Assembly (NCBI GenBank): GCA_000025185.1
Contig: CP001848.1
Location: forward strand, 1,440,001 to 1,472,000
Origin: Pirellula staleyi DSM 6068
GTDB taxonomy: Bacteria > Planctomycetota > Planctomycetia > Pirellulales > Pirellulaceae
Reading direction: 5' to 3'
DNA length: 32,000 nt
Under the pieces are notes generated by a model. The model ran no database searches and was not told the origin of the DNA. It was given only the letters and a program-made list of their open reading frames with translations. Below, in pieces: positions 17,503 to 25,743 of the stretch (position 1 is the stretch's first letter; each line of letters opens with the position of its first letter). Made by a program: the position numbers and the translations under genes.

Positions 17503-19530
17503 ATGAAAACACTACTGAAATCACTCGCTGTAATTGTTGTCATGGCAAGCCTGGTAGCGGCACAAGAAAATGCAGCCAAGCCAGCCATCGTCGATACCAC
17601 TGGTGAAGAGGCTTACGCAAAGCTTAAGGGAGGCCGTGCCGGGGAGGAGCGTGAGTTCGAGATCGCGCCCGGTGTAAAGATGAAGTTCGTCTGGTGCCCG
17701 CCTGGTGAGTTCGTGATGGGGAGCCCGCCCTCCGAGGAGCGCAGGGAAACCAGAGAAGCTCAGGCCAAAGTCACCCTGAGCAAGGGCTTTTGGATCTCAA
17801 AAACCGAAGTGACCCAGTCGCAGTGGACGGCGGTGATGGGGAGCAATCCACTGGATGGCATAGGCCCCTACGGCAAGCCTCACCCCGAGAAGAACAAAAG
17901 TCCCCATCTCCCTATCGTGGGCGTCAGTTGGGACGACGCCCAGGTGTTTATGGAAAAGGTGAATTCCACGCTTGGGAGCGAGGATGGCGGAAAGATGTCT
18001 TTGCCGACCGAAGCGCAGTACGAATACGCGGCGCGAGCGGGCGAGACAGGAATGTACCCCGGAGGCAGTCTGGATGAGGTGGCGTGGCACGATGGCAACA
18101 GCGGCGGTTATCCAAAACCGGTAGGCACGAAGAAGGCGAATGCCTGGGGCCTGCACGACATGAACGGGAGTGCCTGGGAGTGGGTTCAGGATTGTTACTT
18201 CGAGGAATTGCCGAGCGGAACGGATCCGATTGCCAAGGAAACAGGTCCCGATCGGGTGATCCGGGGCGGCTGCTGGTTCAAGGAAGCCACCCGCTGCAGA
18301 CTGGCGACCCGTAGCTATCGGTGGCAGGGGGCGAGTCAATGCTTCAGTATCGGGTTCCGGATGGTTCGTAATAGCTGGCCGGTGGAGGTTTCCAGGGCAG
18401 CCATCGACCCCGAGATTAAAGGTCAAAACGTCACCAAGGTCTCCTACAAGGGTTCATCTTCCGAGCAGTCGTTTGAGCAGACCGGACCCAAGAGTTGGAA
18501 GAGCGGGAAAGCAGTCTACAACGAGGTGAAACGCAGCGAGTGGAATGTGCATCTCCAGCGGGCCGCTGAAGTCGACGAGCGAGTGCAAATCGACCTCTCC
18601 CAAATGACGATTCATTTTCGTGGTCAGGGGCCGAAAGAGGTGCTCCCGATCTTGAGTGCGTCAAAACAGCTTTCTGCCGCAGCCGAGGCGGCGATAGAGC
18701 AAGCTCGACTGAGCAGTGCCGAATCCGCAGAGTCACGGGCTGATCAGGGAATTACCAACAGCATTGGTATGAAGCTGGTGCCGATCGCTAAGGGAAAATT
18801 TCAAATGGGCTCGCTGTATAGAGAAGAGGGTTACCAGTTCGCAGAGCAACGGCACGAAGTCACACTCACTCGGCACTACTACCTGGGCGCTTTCGAGGTG
18901 ACTCAAGCCCAGTATGCGAAGCTGATGGGCAACAACCCTAGTAAATTTCAAGGAGACAATGTCAATAACGTTGATAGCTCGAATCATCCCGTCGATCAGG
19001 CTTCGTGGGAGGACGCTGTCGAATTCTGCAAGAGGCTTTCAGAGTTGCCCGAGGAGAAGGCGGCCGGTCGGGTGTATCGCTTACCGACGGAGGCGGAGTG
19101 GGAGTACGCCTGCCGAGCTGGTAGTCGCGCCCCTTTCGGGTTTGGAGGGCTGGAATTAGCTGACGACTACGGCTGGTTCTCTTCGAATTGTAAAGGCATA
19201 TCGCAGCCGGTCGGCAAGAAGGAGCCGAACGCCTGGGGTCTGTATGACATGCACGGCAATGTGATGGAGTGGTGCAGCGACTGGGCCGGTGATTACCCCG
19301 AGGGCCCGGTCAGCGATCCCACCGGCCCCAAGGAGGGCTTTAGCCGAATGATCCGTGGCGGCGCTTGGTTGACGCCCGCAATGTTAGGGAGGTCAGGGAA
19401 CCGGGCCTTTCATTTCCCTTCTGATACTCGCTCCGACTACGTCGGCTTCCGCGTGGCCCTGAGTTCCCCAGAAATGTCCAAGCAGTCGGCTCCGTCGCAA
19501 GACAAGTCAAGCGGAGCCGGGCGGAACTGA
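17503..19530 (+). CDS. Secreted protein with two FGE/SUMF1-family (formylglycine-generating-enzyme-like) domains separated by a ~125-aa linker
   Basis: Signal peptide. Domain 1: VSWDDAQVFMEKVN, LPTEAQYEYAARAG, NAWGLHDMNGSAWEWVQD, RVIRGGCWF. Domain 2: ASWEDAVEFCKRLSE, RLPTEAEWEYACRAGS, NAWGLYDMHGNVMEWCSDW, RMIRGGAW. Confidence 0.88.
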   Translation: MKTLLKSLAVIVVMASLVAAQENAAKPAIVDTTGEEAYAKLKGGRAGEEREFEIAPGVKMKFVWCPPGEFVMGSPPSEERRETREAQAKVTLSKGFWISKTEVTQSQWTAVMGSNPLDGIGPYGKPHPEKNKSPHLPIVGVSWDDAQVFMEKVNSTLGSEDGGKMSLPTEAQYEYAARAGETGMYPGGSLDEVAWHDGNSGGYPKPVGTKKANAWGLHDMNGSAWEWVQDCYFEELPSGTDPIAKETGPDRVIRGGCWFKEATRCRLATRSYRWQGASQCFSIGFRMVRNSWPVEVSRAAIDPEIKGQNVTKVSYKGSSSEQSFEQTGPKSWKSGKAVYNEVKRSEWNVHLQRAAEVDERVQIDLSQMTIHFRGQGPKEVLPILSASKQLSAAAEAAIEQARLSSAESAESRADQGITNSIGMKLVPIAKGKFQMGSLYREEGYQFAEQRHEVTLTRHYYLGAFEVTQAQYAKLMGNNPSKFQGDNVNNVDSSNHPVDQASWEDAVEFCKRLSELPEEKAAGRVYRLPTEAEWEYACRAGSRAPFGFGGLELADDYGWFSSNCKGISQPVGKKEPNAWGLYDMHGNVMEWCSDWAGDYPEGPVSDPTGPKEGFSRMIRGGAWLTPAMLGRSGNRAFHFPSDTRSDYVGFRVALSSPEMSKQSAPSQDKSSGAGRN

Positions 19531-19708
19531 GCCGATGGCGATTGAAATTGGTCTGAATCGGGTGACCTGGAAGAGGTTTACAGCACTGAACAACATTTGC
19601 TCTATACGTTGCGTGCACTCGCCCCCGTGACCACTTGAATGTCTCCGGCGTCGTGTCAATCTCCGAGTTTCTAGAAGACTTGGAGTAGGGACAACTATTT
19701 GGGACACG

Positions 19709-20434
19709 CTATTTTTGAATTTGAGGCTTGGGGCTTTCGAGATAGGTGAGCATGGCGTGTGCTGGAGGGTTGTTAGCATTCATCGAGAGAGCGGTGCGGA
19801 GCGCTGTTTTAGCCTCTTCGGTTTTGCCTTGTCGGGCTTTGATCATGCCGATATTGCTGTGTGCTGCTGCCGGACCAGACACGGCTGCGAAAAGATCAAA
19901 GGCCTCCTGGTACTTCATTTGCTGAGCGAGGGCGATGGCAAGATTGGTCTTGGCGCGATCGTTCGTGGCATCAAGTGCAACAGCTTGACGCAAGTGCAGC
20001 TCGGCCTCGACGAAGTTGCCGTGGCGTTTGTGGAGACAGCCATAGTCGTTCAGCAGATTGGCATCGCCGGGAAGCTTTTGAATTGCAAGTCGATACTCGT
20101 CAATCGCTTTCGAGTATTCCCCTTGACCATCGTAGAGTGCGGCGAGGATTCGCGAGTAATCAACCGCCTCAGGATCGAGTGAACGAGCCTTTTGGTACAG
20201 CTGAATTGCTTCGGTAAGATGTCCCTCTTGCACTAGCTCTCCAGCGGTGGTGAGACATAACTGCACCGTTTGTGAAGTGGGAAGCTCGTCGAGTTTTTCA
20301 GACGAGGCTTTCGAGACCACTGGTGCTGTGGGAATCGCCGGTTTTTTGAGACCCATGCTCGCGCAGCCTGTAGTAGCTGTGAGCGCAATCAGGAAGATAG
20401 CAACAGAGCTATTGGGCTTGAGCGGTATGAACAT
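19709..20434 (-). CDS. TPR-repeat lipoprotein, TadD-like by position
   Basis: ATG at 20434 gives MFIPLKPNSSVAIFLIALTATTGCAS, a lipobox. TPR-type repeats follow (AIQLYQKARSLDPE, YSKAIDEYRLAIQKLP, FVEAELHLRQAVALD, EEAKTALRTALSMN). The ORF-track start at 20545 would overlap the upstream gene. Confidence 0.75.
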   Translation of the reverse strand: MFIPLKPNSSVAIFLIALTATTGCASMGLKKPAIPTAPVVSKASSEKLDELPTSQTVQLCLTTAGELVQEGHLTEAIQLYQKARSLDPEAVDYSRILAALYDGQGEYSKAIDEYRLAIQKLPGDANLLNDYGCLHKRHGNFVEAELHLRQAVALDATNDRAKTNLAIALAQQMKYQEAFDLFAAVSGPAAAHSNIGMIKARQGKTEEAKTALRTALSMNANNPPAHAMLTYLESPKPQIQK

Positions 20435-20471
20435 CGAAGTGCTTCCTGCAAAATAGCTACGGATAGCTTGA

Positions 20472-21065
20472 CTAGTACGAACCAAAGCCACCGGAACTGC
20501 CAAAACCGCCACCCGACGATGGTTGGCCCAATTGTCCGCCGCCATTTTGCCCGCGACTGGAGTTTCCTCCAGAGAAATAGCCGCGTGTTACTCGAATCGA
20601 TTCTTGACCAAGCATCCCTTCCGCATCGGGATTGGCCGTGATCACACGCTCCTCTGCGCCAGGAACTTCCCGAATAATCAAGTACTGCATGATCTCGGCG
20701 CGGCGTGCTTCGTTCAGCGCTGCATCGCTCGTCGGTTCAATCACCACGGTGAAGGGTTCGGTTGCCATCCGCTTGGCGAGCGATAGCAAGTGGTCGCGTC
20801 CGGCATCGCTCAATTGGGCTGTCCGGTCGATCCATTCTTTCTCGTAGATAGCAAAGTCATCCTGTTCGGCGCGGGTCATCTGCGCCTGTTGCCACTGACA
20901 ACTATAAGTGCCAATGGGCTGAGGAATTGCTCCTCGCGGCACTTCGTCGCCACACTTGCCAATGCCGAGAAAATCGTCGGTACACCGACAGCCTGTCGCT
21001 AGCGAGATCGCTCCTAGGGCCAGCAAGCGACCAATCAGGCTTCGTCGGTTGATTTCGTTCGCCAT
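20472..21065 (-). CDS. Lipoprotein of unknown function with a Cys-rich N-terminus and a Gly-rich C-terminal tail, in the CpaD/RcpB position after the secretin
   Basis: ATG at 21065 gives MANEINRRSLIGRLLALGAISLATGC, a lipobox. Further cysteines are in CRCTDDFLGIGKCG and YSCQW. The tail is GGNSSRGQNGGGQLGQPSSGGGFGSSGGFGSY. An alternative TTG start is at 21110. Confidence 0.6.
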   Translation of the reverse strand: MANEINRRSLIGRLLALGAISLATGCRCTDDFLGIGKCGDEVPRGAIPQPIGTYSCQWQQAQMTRAEQDDFAIYEKEWIDRTAQLSDAGRDHLLSLAKRMATEPFTVVIEPTSDAALNEARRAEIMQYLIIREVPGAEERVITANPDAEGMLGQESIRVTRGYFSGGNSSRGQNGGGQLGQPSSGGGFGSSGGFGSY

Positions 21066-21152
21066 GTTTCTCTCACTTGCATCCTTGCCGCGAGCTTTGA
21101 TCGAAGACAAGCACCACGCTGCATTTTGCCATTACTGCTTGCAGCCATCGCA

Positions 21153-23210
21153 CTACTTAATGACCGGTGGCACCACACTAGCTGGGAGACAACCACCACT
21201 ATTCTTGTCGCAACAGCCGTACGTGGGGCCATTTGGGCCGATGATGAATTGGTCTTCGCAAAGTTTGTCACCTGCACGAATGCGAGCGAAGTCGGTTCGT
21301 ACGGTGCTGCGATAGTCGCGCATCCGACGTGCTTCGAGATGATTGCCCAGGTAGAACTCGATATCGCCTGTTTCAAAAACATCGGCACCTGGAAGTGACG
21401 GGGTGTCGCATGCCTCCAGCGGATGGACAAGCTCGGGCGTTACGAGAATCACCAACTCTTGCTCGCCAGCGGTCGTTCGGCTGAAGCCTCCTGTATGTCC
21501 GATGATTGGCAAATCACCCCAGAAAGGAACACGATCGCTGTCGGCCCCCATGTTGGTTTGAATGAGCCCAGCGACGGCGAGGGTTTGTCCTTCTCGCAGC
21601 TCGACCGTGGAATCGAACGTCCGTGAATTAAGCCCCGCAACTTGTGTTCCACCGGCACCGGCGGAACCACCAATACTGGTGCCAAGACTTTCATCGCGAA
21701 CACTCACACCTGCTGATAGCTTCAAGCGAATGCGATCGCGATCGATCACGTAGGGAGTGAATTCAATCGAAACGCCGAAAGGTACGAACACGGTTCCTTG
21801 GAGACCTGTTCCTCCTAGCCCACCGATTTGGGGCACCGGAAAACTGCCACCTGCGCGAAACGTGGCTTGTTGACCATTGAGTGTGGTGAGATTGGGCTCT
21901 GCCAGTGTTTTGGCGAGTCGTAGACTGCGAAGTGCATTGATCGCCAGGATGACTTGGCCGTTATCGAGACTGGCGAGAACATTCGAAAGATTGCCACCAC
22001 CTGCTGCGCCAAGCTGGCCCGTCAGGTTTTGAAATACGGTGGTTCCTTGATTGTTCTGCACACTGAAATTCAGCCCAATGCTGCGGGCAGCAGTGCGGTT
22101 CACTTCGGCGACGGTCACTCGCAACATCACCTGCTGTTCACCAGGAATCTGGAGCAGATTGATAATGCCTGATCGTGCCAGCAGTGCTGAGTCGACAACC
22201 GTTTGCCTTAGGAACGCTTGATCCTGATCGACCAAAGGATCGCGCTGCTGATCAATGAAAGCCGCTTGCTGAACGTACTGCACCGGCCGTCCAAACTCGT
22301 CTTGTGACTTCGTGGGACTATGTCGCGCGACGATTTGCAGAATTTGATTCGCCTCGACAGCATCGTGAGCTTGCCCCCGTACCGCCAATTGGTCGCCAAT
22401 CAAACTCAGTTGAATCTTGCTACGCGGAAATGCTTGATTAATTTCGCGCTCGAGCCCGGCATAGACCGCTTCCAGCCGCTCTTTGAGTTGCGGCTCGGGA
22501 AGCACTTTCACGAGATAACTGAGCACAATTTCTTTGCCAGTCTCAGGATCGATAACCCAAAGATTCAGTGCCGTCGAACCGACACTGCGACCAACAATCG
22601 AGATCTGCCGATCATCGATCACTTGAAAAGCAGCGATGCTCTCATCAGGCAGATAGATTCGTTTGGGGGTCTCGTTAAACACCAATATGCGAGGTCGACC
22701 GAGGATTACTTCGAGGGTGTTTTCGGGGTCGATCTTCCGCTGGATGAAGCGATCGAATCGCTGGCTGACTTCCGCTGTGGGAACGGGGTTTGCCATACCT
22801 GGTGGAAGGGGTGGCAGCAGTTCGAGACGCTGGGGGCCGGCAGCTGGTGGTGGAAGAGGCTGAGCTCCCTGACCGCTCGGAACCATCGGGACCGCTGGGT
22901 TGGCCATTGGCATCGGCGTTGGCAAGAACGGAACTTGCTGAAGCATCGGCGATGGAGCACCGGTTGCGGGTGCGAACGCAGCTGGTGGCAAAGGGGCCGA
23001 TGGAAGCGTACCAGGAGGAATCGCTGCTGGAAGCTGAGCCCCATCTTGTTGATAGGCGGCTTGCCGTATTTGCAGTACGGTATCGACCGGCGCTAGCGCT
23101 TGCTGTGCCGTCGCTGTGGTGCTCGCCCATCCGAGGAGCGTCATCAGCGCTGCAGCCGTATATTGTTGCTTGCGGCTGGCCCGGTTCTTAAGCGATGAGA
23201 TGGTCACCAC
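21153..23210 (-). CDS. cpaC: Tad/Cpa pilus secretin (CpaC/RcpA family)
   Basis: GTG start with a GAGG upstream, and a signal peptide. Pilus-formation N-terminal region: LEVILGRPRILVF...AAFQVIDDRQISIVGRSVGSTALNLWV. Secretin core: LAEPNLTTLNGQQATFRAGG...LVILVTPELVHP. Confidence 0.9.
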   Translation of the reverse strand: MVTISSLKNRASRKQQYTAAALMTLLGWASTTATAQQALAPVDTVLQIRQAAYQQDGAQLPAAIPPGTLPSAPLPPAAFAPATGAPSPMLQQVPFLPTPMPMANPAVPMVPSGQGAQPLPPPAAGPQRLELLPPLPPGMANPVPTAEVSQRFDRFIQRKIDPENTLEVILGRPRILVFNETPKRIYLPDESIAAFQVIDDRQISIVGRSVGSTALNLWVIDPETGKEIVLSYLVKVLPEPQLKERLEAVYAGLEREINQAFPRSKIQLSLIGDQLAVRGQAHDAVEANQILQIVARHSPTKSQDEFGRPVQYVQQAAFIDQQRDPLVDQDQAFLRQTVVDSALLARSGIINLLQIPGEQQVMLRVTVAEVNRTAARSIGLNFSVQNNQGTTVFQNLTGQLGAAGGGNLSNVLASLDNGQVILAINALRSLRLAKTLAEPNLTTLNGQQATFRAGGSFPVPQIGGLGGTGLQGTVFVPFGVSIEFTPYVIDRDRIRLKLSAGVSVRDESLGTSIGGSAGAGGTQVAGLNSRTFDSTVELREGQTLAVAGLIQTNMGADSDRVPFWGDLPIIGHTGGFSRTTAGEQELVILVTPELVHPLEACDTPSLPGADVFETGDIEFYLGNHLEARRMRDYRSTVRTDFARIRAGDKLCEDQFIIGPNGPTYGCCDKNSGGCLPASVVPPVIK

Positions 23211-23494
23211 AGCCTCACATTCGTTGGCAAGCGCGCAGAAAGGTCCAATTGTCGGTGTCTCTAAGCCAATTCATAGTGATCGCTGATGCAACCCACTACG
23301 CGTGCGCGGAGATTCGACAAAACCAATGGCTAAACGCGGAAATTGCTACGAGCGATCTAGAGACGTGAGCGTACTGTCCGACCTGGCAATCTTTATCGGT
23401 TGTAGGGCCAAAGGACTTGGGCTTGATGCCGCTTGATCGGCAAGATATGCCGATTTTGCTCAAGGAGAAGCGCTGCTAGCGACGGTCGAGGTCC

Positions 23495-23914
23495 TCAAGT
23501 TGGTAAGAAATCATCACCGGCTAGCATCGCTTGCAAGCGCGACAGTCGACGCTTTGCTTGATCGCGTTCGACCAAACTGGGCACCAAACTAAGAGCTTCG
23601 CCAATTTCTACGCTCACGCTTTCTGGCAGCACTTCCACCACGCACGCTGCTCCGCGGGTTGGCAACGTCGCGCGCCATGGTGCGACTCGTTTGATGGCGA
23701 GCACCTCCCCCTTGGTATTGAGGAAAATGGCGTCGATCGTAAACCGCATCCAGCAAGTGTGAATTGAGTTGCATGGTGTGATGAGTAGACCTGTGTCCGC
23801 AGCAAGCGACGAGCGAAATTGCAGACCCCAGAAGCGCTGGCTGAAAGTTGTCGCGAGTTCGAGATTCGCAACCAGGACGTCACCTGTTGCTCGGCGGCAT
23901 AACTTCACGAACAT
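23495..23914 (-). CDS. DUF192 family protein
   Basis: ATTFSQRFWGLQFRSSL...GLLITPCNSIHTCWMRFTIDAIFLNTKGEVLAI matches the DUF192 pattern (R-x-x-GL, PC-x-S-[IV]-HT, ID-x-x-FL). It starts 24 nt after the tadC stop. Confidence 0.8.
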   Translation of the reverse strand: MFVKLCRRATGDVLVANLELATTFSQRFWGLQFRSSLAADTGLLITPCNSIHTCWMRFTIDAIFLNTKGEVLAIKRVAPWRATLPTRGAACVVEVLPESVSVEIGEALSLVPSLVERDQAKRRLSRLQAMLAGDDFLPT

Positions 23915-23938
23915 AGAACGACTCGTCTCGTGGTAAAG

Positions 23939-24868
23939 CTATGGGGCGAGTCCACCCACACGTGTGAAGGAATCGGCCAGCTGAAACAGCTGTACGAAGA
24001 ACGGACCGAGTGTCCAGACAAAGAGTCCCGGCAAGAAGCAAACCACCAGCGGAATCACGCGTTTCACCGTCAACGACATCGCAAACGCGTTGGCCCGCTC
24101 GCGCCGTCGATCACGCATGTCGTCGGCCTGTCTACGCAAGACTTGCGCAATTCCCATCCCCAGCTGTTCGGCCTGCACCAGGGCCGAGACGAAGATCGAT
24201 ATCGCAGGCACCTGAATACGACTCGACAAACGCCGGAGCGATTGTGTGCGCGGACGTCCCGCCAGCAAATCGGCCTGATAACTACGAAACTCACTTGCCA
24301 GTGGTCGAACCGCCAAGCGAGTACTCTGAATGCGCTGCATGGCGGCATCAAAACCGAGTCCCGCTTCGCTAAGTGTGGCGAGCAGTTCGAGTGTCAGCGG
24401 CAGGTCTTGCTCAATCATCTCCACACGCTTCTGTCGCGAACGATTTACGACCAATGCTGGTAGCGCGGATAATCCGAGCAGGATGATCCATGGCGAAAGC
24501 CAAACAGCTGGTAGAAACACTTCGCCGACACCACCGGGGACCGCATCGGCGCTCACCACCATGACCTGGTAAAGCCCCGAGTAGAAGAAGAATGTGATTG
24601 CCACGCCGCCGAGCATTGTTGTGCCGAGCGTGAGTAAAGCGAAGAAGGTGGTCGCACCAGGCTGGCGATATCCGGCAAGGAACAACCAACGACGCAGCAG
24701 CCACATGTCGTCGAGTTGCGTGACCGGAGCAGCCCGCTCGGCATCGTCGCTCGCAAGTGCACGTCGGCGCGTTTCCTGCGATGTGCGAAGCCAGCGCCAG
24801 CCCAGATAAATCGCTGCGGCGAGGCTCGACCAGAGCAGTACCACCAGTGTAACTTGCCAAGCGTTCAT
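23939..24868 (-). CDS. tadC: Tad pilus platform protein TadC (type II secretion system F family)
   Basis: Polytopic membrane protein. The T2SS-F domain reads IEQDLPLTLELLATLSEAGLGFDAAMQRI...ALVQAEQLGMGIAQVLRRQADDMR. Its start shares 1 nt with the tadB stop. Confidence 0.88.
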   Translation of the reverse strand: MNAWQVTLVVLLWSSLAAAIYLGWRWLRTSQETRRRALASDDAERAAPVTQLDDMWLLRRWLFLAGYRQPGATTFFALLTLGTTMLGGVAITFFFYSGLYQVMVVSADAVPGGVGEVFLPAVWLSPWIILLGLSALPALVVNRSRQKRVEMIEQDLPLTLELLATLSEAGLGFDAAMQRIQSTRLAVRPLASEFRSYQADLLAGRPRTQSLRRLSSRIQVPAISIFVSALVQAEQLGMGIAQVLRRQADDMRDRRRERANAFAMSLTVKRVIPLVVCFLPGLFVWTLGPFFVQLFQLADSFTRVGGLAP

Positions 24869-25737
24869 CAGAACTTCGCCTTGCTAATGGCAGACATCCA
24901 GACAATTCCGACCGCTTGCAGCACCATCGATCCCGCTACCACACTGCCCCCCATATCGGTATTCAAAAAAGCCTGCATTTGCTCAGGACTATTGCGCCAC
25001 ACCACTGCTGCAATGAAGTAGGTGAGAAGCAGAATGAAGACTGTCGAAACTTGCGACTGGGCGATGTTCGACTGAATGCGCCTGCCAATTTCGATTCGAT
25101 CGCGAATCGTTCGGCCGGCGCTGGCAAGTGTCGGAGCAAGACTACCACCCACTTCCCAGTGAACGGCGAGCGTCGAGGAAAAGAGCAAGAACGTTTCGAG
25201 TGGAATTCGCTGCGATAAACTCCGAAACACGGCTTGTGGGTCATCTCCCAAGCGAATGCGTGCGAGCAAATCTTCGAGCTGCCCCTTGAGCGGATAACTC
25301 GACTCTTCGATCGCCGCAGCCATCGCGCTCGTCACGCCAGTTCCTGCCCCCAGCGCGCCGATCATCAGGTCAATCGCATCAGCCAACTGCCGCTCAAGCT
25401 TCGCACTTTTCATGGTTGCCAGGTAGGCTTCCACTTCGGCGCTCATCATCGCAACGATCAATCCAAAGGCAATCGAAAGTGTTAGCGAGAATCCTACGAC
25501 CAGCCAAATGATGAGTCCGAGTACCACTCCCAGCAAATAAGGAACTATTCGCAAGGGGCGTGCAAGCGGACCCGAGATCGACCACGAACTCGTGCGACGC
25601 GAGGCAGGGACTGCATCGTCGATTGCTGACGCAAGACGGCCGAGTGCGACGCTTCGCAAGCTGATCAGTTGCCACTGATAGACGACGATTGCCGCAAGCA
25701 ACAGCATGCATCCAAGAGTAAGAAAGATCGGCAACAT
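24868..25737 (-). CDS. tadB: Tad pilus platform protein TadB (type II secretion system F family)
   Basis: The T2SS-F domain reads LERQLADAIDLMIGALGAGTGVTSAMAAA...LAVHWEVGGSLAPTLASAGRTIRDR. ATG at 25737 lies 6 nt after the cpaF stop. Confidence 0.88.
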   Translation of the reverse strand: MLPIFLTLGCMLLLAAIVVYQWQLISLRSVALGRLASAIDDAVPASRRTSSWSISGPLARPLRIVPYLLGVVLGLIIWLVVGFSLTLSIAFGLIVAMMSAEVEAYLATMKSAKLERQLADAIDLMIGALGAGTGVTSAMAAAIEESSYPLKGQLEDLLARIRLGDDPQAVFRSLSQRIPLETFLLFSSTLAVHWEVGGSLAPTLASAGRTIRDRIEIGRRIQSNIAQSQVSTVFILLLTYFIAAVVWRNSPEQMQAFLNTDMGGSVVAGSMVLQAVGIVWMSAISKAKF

Positions 25738-25743
25738 GTGTGG

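Noticed and set aside
19661-19685. Hairpin CUCCGAGU-N9-ACUUGGAG in the convergent gap between the FGE-like gene and the TPR gene. It could be a bidirectional terminator.
   Set aside because: The stem is only 8 bp including a G-U pair, the loop is 9 nt and there is no U-tract on either strand. It is too weak to call.
23436-23454. Hairpin ATCGGCA-agata-TGCCGAT, about 40 nt downstream of the DUF192 stop.
   Set aside because: The stem is 7 bp. The T-run (TTTTG) follows it on the plus strand, where no gene ends. On the minus strand no U-tract follows it. It is not a convincing terminator for the tad operon.
23211-23494. A search of the 285-bp gap, and the other tad-locus gaps, for a small Flp pilin gene (G/x4-EY motif plus a hydrophobic helix).
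   Set aside because: No reading frame on either strand gives a start codon followed by a hydrophobic Flp-like segment. The gap is more likely the promoter region of the secretin unit.
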